From Chrysomallon squamiferum (taxonomy: Eukaryota; Animalia; Mollusca), in NCBI GenBank assembly GCA_012295275.1, contig CM022670.1, positions 7,626,001-7,690,000 of the forward strand: a stretch of 64,000 bases of DNA, given 5' to 3'. This document shows positions 46,888 to 58,608 of the stretch, one piece after another. A program made the position numbers and the translations under genes. Positions within the stretch are counted from its first letter, which is position 1; every line of letters starts with the position of its first letter. The notes beneath the pieces were generated by a model, which made no database searches, had not been told where the DNA came from, and worked only from the letters and a program-made list of their open reading frames with translations.

Positions 46888-47650
46888 CTGTGTACTAATT
46901 TTCTTATCGTATCTGCACCAGCGGGCAAAGTGTTCGGAGTTGTTTTCACCAACACTGTATTCACCAAACTTTTTATATCCAACTTTTGACCTTGCTCTCT
47001 TCACAATTTTTTCTTTATTGTATGGACTGCACATACAAGTAAGAAATGTAATTGTCAGTTTTAACTGCTTCACAAATTGTTATGTCTTTAAACTATATAT
47101 AAACATCGTTATTGCTAAATATTTTAGCGGAAAATTTCCGAACGATTATTCCTTTTAGTTCTAATTACTGTTACAGGTTCTTTATTCAAATAATATATAC
47201 CCCGTATTCTGATGGAACTGGAATTTTTCAAAACCACGGAAATTTCTATAAAAGTAACTCATTAGTGTATCTTTTTTCTGAAATTTGTTTAAAAATCTAA
47301 TATAAAATAAAATAATATTTGACAATTACCTTTCCTCAAAATCAATAGTAAACGATGAAAGTTTATCTCTAAAAGGTTTCAAATCTTCTTCTTTAATAAA
47401 GCTGTCATCTGTAAAGTGAACAATATTTTCATCTCCTACGGAAAATAAAAAAATGTAAAATTAGAAACTATCAGAAACCAAATACAAAGTTCAAGATAAA
47501 TCAGTGTGTGTGTATGTATTTGAGAGAGAGAGTGATATGCGTATCTATGTATAAAACAAGAAATCAGTATAATGTAAGCTTACCAACATAAACGGCATAA
47601 TGATCATGTCCTTCGAGTTTGAATATTATTAAATCTCCAGGTTCTGTCAT
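46888..47650 (-). CDS. LRAT-domain (PLAAT/HRASLS-like) gene, copy 2, catalytic Cys replaced by Ser (NSEHF). Exons 47650-47584, 47435-47330, 47026-46888; last exon uncertain
   Basis: MTEPGDLIIFKLEGHDHYAVYV|GDENIVHFTDDSFIKEEDLKPFRDKLSSFTIDFEE|SPYNKEKIVKRARSKVGYKKFGEYSVGENNSEHFARWCRYDKKISTQ|. Exon sizes 67/106/139 nt match copies 3 and 4. An in-frame stop lies upstream of the ATG. TGC is replaced by TCC at 46938-46936. Confidence 0.86.
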
Positions 47651-47951
47651 TGACGATCTATGCTGGAATGTTTTCGAAGTTACCCCGAGAATGAAACGTA
47701 TGATAAACTCGTTATGTTATCTTCTTAGTTTGAAAGCTTGTTCAATTGAAATTCTTCCTGCTTTCTAGGAATAAAACTGATGCGTATGAAATTTTAACTT
47801 GAAGTGTCAAAGGTGAAAGATAACTAAGCAGGCATTGTGTAATCGTGTTTAATTGATCTGAAATGTGAATATACGTATATTAATTGCTGACTCTTTATCT
47901 ATCTTTCAATTAAAACAAATAGAGGAATAATACTATAATACTAGTTTTTTT

Positions 47952-48007
<56 letters not shown>

Positions 48008-48112
48008 AACGCAAACAAAATATATTAAATTAAAGTAGCAAAATTTTAATTTTCTGTTGATGGAGTAAACATATTTTCTTGGTAAACGCATTTCACAAGT
48101 CAAAAAAGGTTA

Positions 48113-49663
48113 AACGTCAAAAGAACTTTTTGATCAATTTTCGAAGCATTGTTCTTTTTTTAGGCAAGATAGGGTCACGTTATTAACCTTTATGTTGTCA
48201 TTTGGACTGAAGACATCACATTATTAAGGGCATGCAATTACTGCCCTTATCTTTAGAAAGTTTCTAAGTTAACCCAGATTTTCTTTTCATGGATTTGAAG
48301 TAAAAACATAGTCAGACGTCACTAACAACCTGTCTCGATACACCCACTGTGACGCCTCGCGTCCCATTTGCACGTGCTTAGTATTAGTGTAATTCAATGC
48401 ATGCCAGTTTTATCTATAAAAGAGATGAGCATTTTCATTTCATCATCAGTTTGAATCTGAAGATAGTTTGAGAACAGTTCAGTTTGCAAGAAAGGAAAAG
48501 GACCATTGGCTGGCTAGCAGATGAACACATTAAAAGATCTGTGACTCACCGTTTAAATGTAAGCCAAAGTGTTATCGATAAACTCTGGAAAAGGTTCAGG
48601 GCGACTAATTCTATTCAGAGTTGCTCCCGTTCTGGAAGACCACGATTAACAGTAGCACGAGAAGACAGTTTTCTGATGATAACGACGTTATGTCAGCGCT
48701 TTGTGAACTCACGGCATCTTCGTGATCAACTCGGAGCTGCTACAGGCAACAGTGTGTCTTACCAGCATTAGGAATCGTCTGCGAGAGCAAGGTTTTCGAT
48801 ATCGACTGCTTGCCCGTCACACAAGGACTTGCCTTAATCAGTGCAGATTAATCAGTTATATCCGGTGGAACCGTGGTCAGTGGGCAGGGACATCATTCGC
48901 AGATACCTCACGGTACTTGCTTCAGTTCTTTCATGGCCGAGCTCGTGTTTGCAGTCGTCAAGGAGAAACATTTGCTGATGTTAACGTTCATCATCTACTA
49001 TTCCGAAGAGGAAGTTTAATGGTATGGGTGTGCATAGCCATAAATCACACAATCCCTCTGAACAATCTTAATGGAAATTTGACTCATCAACATTATTTCA
49101 ACGAGACTGTCCAAGATTTTGTAATTCCACTTCTGCAGTTGATTGAACCATGATCTTGGTTCCAGGACGACAACGCAAGACCTCATCATGCCAGGTTGGT
49201 GACTGACTTCCTGTAGCAGCATACATTGTCTGCATGTTCACCAGACGTGTCACCCACAGAGCATCCATGGGATGAACTAGGGCGGCGAGTTCGATCACAC
49301 CAAGTCCCTGCCGTCGAACTCCTGCAGCTGGATCACAATTAGTTGTAGAAAACAAGCAAATTCTCAAAGTTATTCCCAATGTCTGGTTAACAGCCTGCGC
49401 CAACGTTATCCAGAATGTGTGAATGATAATGGTGGTTATACCAGTTACTCATGCTTCTAGTACATGTGTGAACATCATTTTTCGGGGTGCACGACTTTCT
49501 CCATCTGGTTAATAAACTAGTTTCCAAGCAAAGATTTGCTGTTTTCTGTTTTCTGTTCTTGATACATCAAACAAATAATCAGTCATTAGTCTTCGTAATT
49601 TCAGCATATTTGCTGTTTTTATTTGCATAAATACTTTTGACCCTTAACTTATTTTGAGTAGTT
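48113..49663 (+). mobile_element. Decayed Tc1/mariner DNA transposon inserted in the first intron of LRAT-gene copy 2
   Basis: Frameshifted transposase pieces: HTH region RLNVSQSVIDKLWKRFRAT..RSGRPRLT..ED, then FADTSRY, GSLMVW.CI, GNLT..Y, FQDDNARPH and EHPWDELGRRV (DD34E-type). Flanked by TA (48111-48112, 49664-49665) with weakly matching ends. The flanks correspond to uninterrupted intron sequence in copies 1 and 3. Confidence 0.88.
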
Positions 49664-50094
49664 TACATTTTATTTTGCCCATTGATTTTGTATTGCAGTC
49701 AACGGAAAATTACCTATTTGTATACGTTATTCTATACAACAGGCAAATATTAAGAAATGTCTTGAATAATGTCTAAAAATTTCTCGTCGTTATTTAAAAA
49801 AAGAAATACAGAAAGAAAATGATACAAAAGACTGAATAATTAAAGATATATAAATAATACAAATTTTAAAAAGAAAAAGAAAGAAAGAAAAAAATGTAGG
49901 CAATTTACATGTGAGGGGAAATAATAACGTCAATAAACTAAAACTGGATTATTTCCCTTTAGTAATGTCTGTATTTTATATAAGTGTGTGTTTCTGTAGT
50001 TGCGAGCCTGTGTTTCATTGTGTGTTGTCTAAATCTGTATATCTGTGTTTTTAACTGATAGTCTAAGGCCAGAAGGAAAACACACCTATATAAT

Positions 50095-50259
50095 TTACAT
50101 CTTGACAATTCTCATGTGAGTTTCTCTCGTCACGGACATTGATCGGGCTCTGCGAACAGCGCCGAGGTTCTTTTCGGCGAGATCGGCTCTGTGCTCGGCA
50201 TCTTCGATTATTTGCTGAGCTTTGCGGTATTTGTTCATTGTAAGATTGGCTACATCCTC
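50095..50259 (-). CDS. Prm: Paramyosin, terminal coding exon only (54 aa)
   Basis: After the acceptor tttgttttcag| it reads EDVANLTMNKYRKAQQIIEDAEHRADLAEKNLGAVRRARSMSVTRETHMRIVKM*. I recognise this as the end of the coiled-coil rod plus the RSMSV tailpiece of molluscan paramyosin. No other paramyosin exon seen in the window. Confidence 0.85.
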   Translation of the reverse strand, partial: EDVANLTMNKYRKAQQIIEDAEHRADLAEKNLGAVRRARSMSVTRETHMRIVKM

Positions 50260-51260
50260 CTGAAAACAAATCAGAAAAAGATGCACTCATATAAATATTT
50301 TAATTATTAAAAAGCGGTCACATTATCAAGAAATATTTTAAAAGATCATGACTGGTAAAACAATTTGTAATAACAAAACAATTTAAAACCGTTTCGAGAA
50401 ACATTCATTGACATAAATATAACCCTTATCTTTTAGAATGAGCAAAATCCTTGGATTCAACTGATACATATTTAAGCCACATAAAGTCCAACTCAATATT
50501 GCACCTCACCTGGGTACCCGGTCTATAGAGATAAGCAAAACGACCGCATGCAGGTGTCACGACATAATACAATTTCAGTCCACGTTCAGTAGCAAACAAA
50601 CAAAACGTGAATATCAAATCTGAACTAACCTAGACTGCGATTCCAAAAATGTTGTGTGTTTGATAACATCCAACTTATGAAAAAAATAGTATGTTGGCCA
50701 AACACAAAATATGTTTGTCATAAATACGATATTTAGCATGAAGTTTACATTGTTCAGATGATGGATGATCATATTGAAATAATCCCAGTAGATCAAACGC
50801 CTATTCTCGGTTCCAAAACTGAAACTGACCTTTTTAGACTTGAACGAGAAGCATTTTCGATTCGCACATTACAAAGACAAGAACCATTTGGAATAAATGT
50901 AGAATTGGGCAAATGTAAAGAGAGAGAGATAAAATAATTTTCCCAATAATTTACAATCGCCGCAACGTTGACTTTGGTTAAATTATAAAAGTACAGTATT
51001 CTAACTTACAAACAACCATGAAAAACCAATAAAAAGTACGTTTCGTCAAATGTTTACAGAAAAGTAATGTCTATAAAGACATTTCAATCTCTATGCGGTT
51101 TTCTGAATAATAAGCCTTATAAAGTTTCAGGTACGGAAATGTTTTAAAATATTTTCAAAGGATATCTAAAATTTTATGTATTTTTAAGAGTGATTCCTTT
51201 CCTTCTTTCATTTTTTTTAAATTTTTTCTTTTTTTGTTGAAATTTAACTCGTTTTTTTAC

Positions 51261-51463
51261 AGACTTTGAGAAAGGATACATTTTAAATAGTGTTTTGAAA
51301 CAGTTTTAAATATATTGTGAAATGTATTTGTTTCCAGAAGTGTATTTGTATTAAATTTTACTATATTTGATAGAGTTTTTAGAAAGGATACCTTCTAAAA
51401 AGTGTTTGAAATAGTTTTAAATATATTTAGAAACGTATAATTTTGTTCTAGAAATGTATTTTA
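51261..51463. repeat. Two diverged ~112-nt tandem copies
   Basis: gaaaggatac...agtgttt..gaaa.agttttaaatatatt...gaaa.gtat occurs twice. Confidence 0.6.
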
Positions 51464-52798
51464 AATCATGTCTGGACGCTCTTGTTGATAGTTTTAAAAG
51501 ATGTTATCGATGTACATAAATATTTTTAAAATATGATAATAAATATACAGACAAAGGACAAAAGCACTCTTTACTAAACATTACAATGGTCAACTTTAAG
51601 TCAGCTCAAACCCCTAGAGATGAAATTTTAATAATAAAAAAATGTCCTGTACCATTGCGTTATTTAATTCTTAAATACATACATACATACACACAGGCCC
51701 TATATATTATTCATTTATATCTTTATTAGAATCAAATACGCAGTAAATTAAAATAATACAATTTCAATAGAAGCTTTTTCTCTGTGTTTTTTCTAGCTGC
51801 ACAGCTCTGACGTCAAAGGTCATTAGTTTGACCTCGAAAATTGTCAGCTGTTTATATTAGGCTCGTGTATTTCTCGAATGTTGTCTTTTGTTCATAGTTT
51901 ATCGTGATCTCTTTGTTAAGCGGAATTGTCATATATCTCACTATACAAGTATTTGTATTTATGTAACTGATATTCTGATATTCATGAGTCATAAACCGAC
52001 TTTATTCTACCAAAAACAACTTGTCAGATGTCACGAAGTTATATTTTATATTTATTTACAATAACTGAATATAATTTATTTTCTTAATAGAGTAAGGAAA
52101 ATTAAAACATACATACATACATACATACATAGAGTCAGACAGACAGATATATACACATACAAACAGCGGTAGGTTAATAAATAGAAATGCAGAAATTTAA
52201 AATTATGTTTTTATGTTACTTTCTAGAATTACAAACCCATCTCCACAATTTGTATAGTGGCTTCTTTTTATATGTATATACACCCACATACATATGTAGG
52301 CACATACACAAACACATACATAAATACATACACACACACACATATATATATACACATATATACGTACACATGCATACCCACACATATATGTACAGATATA
52401 CACATACATATATCTACTTTACACATTTGTACTCCTAATAATGTCAGTTTAAATATTTACATTATATAAAGCACACACGATGTTAATTTTAAATATTGTA
52501 CAATAAACTGCACAGTAATAGTGAAGCCAATACTTGCCTTCGTTTTAAATAATTAAACCATAATGGGTTTCTTAAACCATATATATTTTGATATTCAGAC
52601 TAAAAATAACAACAATTACTACGTAAAAGCTGATTTTTTCAAAAACAATCGGAGAAAACTATCTCTCCGCTGTGATAATTATATCAATGATCCTACAGTT
52701 TTAGAAGTAAACTGTGATGATTATACGCTTGAAATCGCTGTATCTGGTAATATGTTGCTTGTGAAACCACTCATCCGTAGCTTCCATCGAAATGTGAT

Positions 52799-53033
52799 AT
52801 CTACAGTATATTCTAACATTAAACATTGTGTCATCGTTATGTTTCTGTTTTGTCCTATCTATAGTATGTTCCAATATTAAACATTGTATGTTTTTTTTGT
52901 GTTTGAATTTAGTCCTATCTACCGTATGTTCTAACATTAAAGACTGTATGATCTTCATATTTGTATTTTTTATTATCTACAGTATAGTCTAATATTAAAC
53001 ACTGCATGATCTTCATGTTTGTATATTTTCCTA
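52799..53033. repeat. Minisatellite, 4 x ~58-60 nt (second copy at ~59783-60015)
   Basis: Unit ATCTACAGTATRTTCTAAYATTAAACAYTGTATGATCTTCATGTTTGTATTTTGTCCT repeated with divergence. Confidence 0.8.
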
Positions 53034-53103
53034 TTTTCCTTCCAGTGAATCAAATAAAATCATTCTCATTCAATCATGAATACTTCTGAAGAGAATAATA
53101 ATA

Positions 53104-53147
<44 letters not shown>

Positions 53148-53508
53148 TGATAATAATAATGTGCCAAAGAAGAAAAAAGAAGAAGAAAAAGCAGTTCTAG
53201 AAGAAAAAAAAACAATAAAAATGTTTGAATTGACAAGTGCGGTCAATATCCAGATTTCTGTTGATAACATTCAGTGGTGAACAGAGTGATGATATTCGTT
53301 GATATCTGAGGATAAACTTTGCCCTCCCCTCTTATGGACCACATTATATGCCCAACCTGTCTCAGAGAATCGAGGCATTTATGATCAGAAAAAATAATAT
53401 CAGAAAACCTATCTGACAGATATTCTTAAAACCATATAAAAATAATTCTTTAAAAATGTCTAATTTCATTTTAGAGATTTTGTCTCTCTCACAATTAGCT
53501 CAAATAAT

Positions 53509-53640
53509 TCTGCTCCTTTTACCATATCTACACCAGCAGTCAAAGTGCTCGCAGTTCTTTCAAGCTACATTGTATTTACCAAATATTTTATGTCCAACTT
53601 TTGGTTTTGCTCTCTTCACAATTTCGTTAGTTTTATTTGG
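53509..53640 (-). pseudogene. Relic LRAT-domain exon (NCEHF exon only)
   Basis: Translates PNKTNEIVKRAKPKVGHKIFGKYNVA*KNCEHFDCWCRYGKRSR. In-frame TGA; splice sites lost; the two upstream coding exons were not found. Confidence 0.8.
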
Positions 53641-55003
53641 TTAATTTAATTTTTGTTCTTTCTTTTTCATTTCTCTTTTTTATTTTTATTTGTTCCTCTG
53701 TCTGTCTCTCACAGCGTCTGTCCTTTTCTCCGTCTTTCACTTTTCTAACGCAAAATGTTAAGTAAAATAATACTCTTTAGAAATGAAGTCGGTTTTATTT
53801 GCTATTTTTGAAAAAAAACACCCAAAACAGCAAAAAAAAACCTGTTAACTTATTTTTATTTATTTACTTTTTATTTATCCAGATTTCTAAAGATAACGCT
53901 GTAAAAAATACATTGCATTAAAGTAGCGTCATTTTCCTTATTTTATTGGCAATCGTTTGTCACAGGTCACCAAGAACTGACCTCTTAATGTAAATACATA
54001 TCTCGTTTCCCTTTGTATTGCAGTTAACGGATAGCTACCTATTCTATACGTCGTTCTACTCCTCTAGTTTCTCTACATTAGGTTATAATTCTTCGTTCCG
54101 GATCATAGAAATGCAGTGTTATTACCCTCCACACAGAGAGAACTATATTCACGTAGTCTGTCCATGTCTATATAAAATGAATGTATTTATACATACATAT
54201 ATATATAAAATGTAAGAAAAAAAATTAAAACAAATATCCACACATACATACTATTTAAAATGAATCAACAACTTTAAATATTGTAGTCAAATAATGTTTT
54301 ATTCTTCGTCAGTTTAAACTTTTACATGGAACAATATTACTAGTCACTAAACTATTTTAACTTTTTTTATTCAAAATATTGTACAGTAAACTGTACAGTA
54401 ATTGTAAAGCCAGTACTTGACTTGGATTTAAACAGTTTGAAAAAAAAAAAAATGTTATGAATGGGAAAACACCGTTAACAAATGTGAGGAATAGAGATTA
54501 AAAGGTATTCAATAAGCCTTTGTTTATTTCCCTAAAACATATATACAATACGACAAAACCTAGCTTCACCTAGCTTTAAACACACTGGTAGAAAAGAGTG
54601 TTATACATTACGATAAATCCTCATTTTCTCTAACACTTCAATATTTATATTAGCACAAAGAAACCAAACTAATAGAAAACGTCTACCTCAACCAAAAAAC
54701 AAATAAAAATGTGTTGATTAAAGCAATATTTTGTGAGTAAAGAAAATTAAATTTAAAAAATCGAAACATTCTAGTTTGATCAAAAATTGATAGTTACTTA
54801 TAAAATGAATGAAAGATACAACATTTAAAATATTGTTAATACCACACATTAAATGAAAGCAACATACAAAGTCAGTTAACTTTAATCTTTCTGCTCTGAT
54901 ATTTGTTTGAAATATTTTAACCAGCTCGGGTAAGTTTCATCATTAAATGTCATTTGTCTTGGTTTGATGAGCGTTTTCAAAAGATGCAACTGTTGAATTC
55001 AAA

Positions 55004-55062
<59 letters not shown>

Positions 55063-55170
55063 TAATAGTAATAATAATAATAGTAATAATTTGTTTTTAA
55101 ATATTTGGTTGAAAATCAATACCATTGAAATGTTTTCCAGGACTAGCTGGTCAAAAAAAAAAAAAAAAAA

Positions 55171-55226
<56 letters not shown>

Positions 55227-55356
55227 ATAGACATATTTGAAAACAGAGCTGTATTAGACAGACAAATAGGAAAAGATACCTTTAGCTAATTCTTTTGAAA
55301 AATAGTATCAAATAGAAAACGGCCCCTATGATTACTGGGATGTTCCTCCAGCTTTG

Positions 55357-56604
55357 TCACCAAACTCTATAGCCGATACACTGTGTCACTTTCTTCGCTG
55401 CTCCTGGTCTTTTAGATACCTTAGCAGATATTTCTAATATATCGCTTATTGTCTGTGCCGTGTCCTTTACCTGCTGAAAAGAGATTGCGATAGTATTAAC
55501 GTATTTATTTACAGCAGAAACAGCTGTGTTACATTACAAAAAGAATACAGCAGCTTAGTTACACGTTGTATCAGTACTGATAAACAAAAGGTTTCCGATA
55601 ATCATGATAGTTAGGACAAATTAAATGCAAGACTATAACAATACATCCTGACCTTTCTAACATCCTATCTTCACATCTTGAGACATCGCTGTAATCAACA
55701 GAACTATTTTTAATATTGAAGATGGTAATATCTACAGGTTTGTACATTGTCCTATTTTCTTTTTAGTGAATTAAGCAAAATCATTCTCCTTCAGTTATGA
55801 TTGATTCTAAATGAGAACAGAGAGAAAAAAAAATAATAAATTGCACAAGGAAAAACCAGTGAGAAACGTTTACGGGGTAGTTTGTGTTCCACAGCCTCAT
55901 GTGCATAGAACTTGACTCAGAGACTGTATAATGAGACAAACTGTTACATTTAAGTCAAAAATATTGATGTAACAGATATCTCTTCTTAAAAACATAAACA
56001 AAGTTTCTTTACAAATGTTTGTTTTGATTGTGAAATCTATCATTTAATTTAAATTACCTGTTTACTGATTTTTTCTCCGTATCTGCACCAGTTGGCAAAG
56101 TGTTCGCAGTTGTTTGAAGCAAGGTCGTATTCACCAAACTTTCCCTTTCCAAGTTTTGATCTTGCTCTTTTAACGATTTCTTCACTGCTGAATGGACTAT
56201 ACGTACAAGTAAGAAATTTAATTCTCAGTTTTAAGTGCTTTATAAATTGTTATACCTTACAGCCAGTTATAAACATCGTTATTGCTAAATATGTACATGA
56301 AAACATTTGTGATTATTTATTCCTTTTATGTTCTGATTTCTGTTACAGATTATTTATTAAAATAATTGATTGAATTGCGATCGTTCAAAAACACGTAAAT
56401 CTGTATTACAATACTTTTAATACTTATTTGTGTATCTTTTTTAAAACTGTTCAAAAATCTAATATGAAATAAAATAAATTTTGACAATTACCTTTTCTTA
56501 ATCTCAATCTCGCACGATGACGATTCACCTCTGACAGTTTTATAATCTTCTTCTGTAACACTGCTGTCAGTTGTAAAGTGAACAACCTTTCCATTTCCTA
56601 GGAA

Positions 56605-56635
<31 letters not shown>

Positions 56636-56814
56636 CATACAGAGATACATACATATATACACATGTGTGCTTATGTGTATGCTTTTTAGAGGAGAGAGAT
56701 ATGCGTACATACGTATAAAAAAAGAAATCGGTATAATGTAAACTTACCGACATAAACGGCAACATGTGAAAACATGCTGCGTGGAAATTTTAATATACAT
56801 CCTGGTTCTTCCAT
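55357..56814 (-). CDS. LRAT-domain (PLAAT/HRASLS-like) gene, copy 3, ~141 aa. Exons 56814-56748, 56597-56492, 56196-56058, 55470-55357
   Basis: MEEPGCILKFPRSMFSHVAVYV|GNGKVVHFTTDSSVTEEDYKTVRGESSSCEIEIKK|SPFSSEEIVKRARSKLGKGKFGEYDLASNNCEHFANWCRYGEKISKQ|VKDTAQTISDILEISAKVSKRPGAAKKVTQCIGYRVW*. Canonical splice sites; triad intact. Confidence 0.9.
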
Positions 56815-57389
56815 TTTGGAATTTATTCTGGAATGCTTTCGAAGTTATCTCGAGAATAAAATGTATGATACACTCGGTATGTCAACGGCTTACTTTGAGA
56901 TTTTAACCAACTGAAATTCTTCCTGTTTCCTGAGAATAAAACTGAAGTGTCAAAGGTGAAAAATGACAAAGCACGAATTTCTATTAATTTATTTATCTGT
57001 TTACTTATTTATTGATTTATTTACTTATTAAACGATAGTGCAAATAAAAAAGTTGAAATTAAAGTAACAACATTTTAATTTTCCATTTATGAAGTAAACG
57101 TATTTTTTTGGAAACGCGCTTAACAAGGCACAAAGGTTTGGCCCTGAATACAATTAAAGTTCTCCCTCCCCATTGATTTTGTATTGTAGTCAAATGGAAG
57201 ATTACCTACTTCTATACGTCACTGTTTAGGTATCCACGTTAGACTATATTTATAGCCCGACCCACACTAACTTTTATCTATACATGTAGGTGTGTGTGGA
57301 TATGTGTATCTATGTTTCTATGTATGTATATATGTTGTATGTGAGTGTGTATGTATGTGTTTATGTATTTGTATGTATATATGTGTGTC

Positions 57390-57426
<37 letters not shown>

Positions 57427-58442
57427 AACTATTTTTTGTTTTATTTTGTTTGTATTTTTGGTGTTTTTCTTGTTATTGTTTATTCGTTTTGCTATTGTTA
57501 TCATTGTTGTTGTTGTTGTTGTTTTTTAATTGAATATTCTTTTTGTATTTTGTCACGTATGTATATATGTATATGTATATATATATATAAGCACACACAG
57601 ACACACATATATAGAACTGGATTTGTTAAATAATGTTTTTAATTTTTTTTTTCTGTAATAACAAGAAATACTTTATGTTATTTACCCTCTTTCATTTTAA
57701 TATTATAATTTCACAATTTTAACTTATTTATATACTTTTTTCTAATAATTTATATTTCTATTTAAACTATTTGACAGTGTCTATTCAGCATGTCTAGACC
57801 AGCATACCACATAATTCAAACAAGCATTTTATCTTTTTTTAATCATGTGTATTATAATTTGACACAGTAATCGACAAAAGTAACCAGCAAATGTTCATTG
57901 TTTTAGTAAGAATAAAACGTACAGCTGATTCCACATTATCATAAAACATAACTAACAAAACACTACGCCAGTTAATATAGTTGTTTTTTAATATTATTTT
58001 TGAACGTACGAAGTCTAATTTTGATTGTAATAAAATGTCTTTTTGTTGAACATTCAGTTATGGTTTGTTGGTTGTTGATATTATTTTAATAATTTATCTT
58101 ATTTTATGATTTCAGTAGATTCTCTATAGTCATTAATGCGACCAGTTTTGTTCAGATGAACGCGTGAAATTTCAATAACGTAACCTCATTTAAAAAAATA
58201 ATATGATCCCGAAAAACGTCAATATACTAATTACTGCAGAGAAATGATTAACAGATAGATAGATAGTTACATAGATAGATGACATATAGATAGACAAACA
58301 GACAGACAGATAGACAGATAGATAGATCTTTAACTGTTGAAATGGTTATGAATAATTGTGAGTCACTCTTTCGCTCCTTCGCTTCAAATATGTCCTTACC
58401 TCTTTATCTGTCTTATTATTTGCCATTTCATTTTCATTTAGC

Positions 58443-58608
58443 TTTTAAGTTAACCCAAAATTCCTTTGCATGGAAGCAAATACATAGTGTGACTAAACTG
58501 ACAACCTGTCTCGATACACCCACTGTGAAACCTCGCGCCCCATTTGCATGTGCTTAGCATTAGTGTAACTCAATGCATGCCAATTTTAGCTATAAAAGAG
58601 ATGAGCAT
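58443..58608 (+). mobile_element. Fragment of the same Tc1 family (5' non-coding part)
   Basis: Aligns to ~48262-48432, e.g. acaacctgtctcgatacacccactgtga ... caatgcatgcca ... tataaaagagatgagcat. Confidence 0.8.

Noticed and set aside
50426-50617. Minus-strand ORF with CAG|gtgag next to the paramyosin exon
   Set aside because: No coiled-coil or paramyosin similarity, so it is not the penultimate exon.
52799-53033. Regularly spaced repeats superficially like a CRISPR array
   Set aside because: Whole units are homologous with no unique spacers; eukaryotic context and no cas genes.
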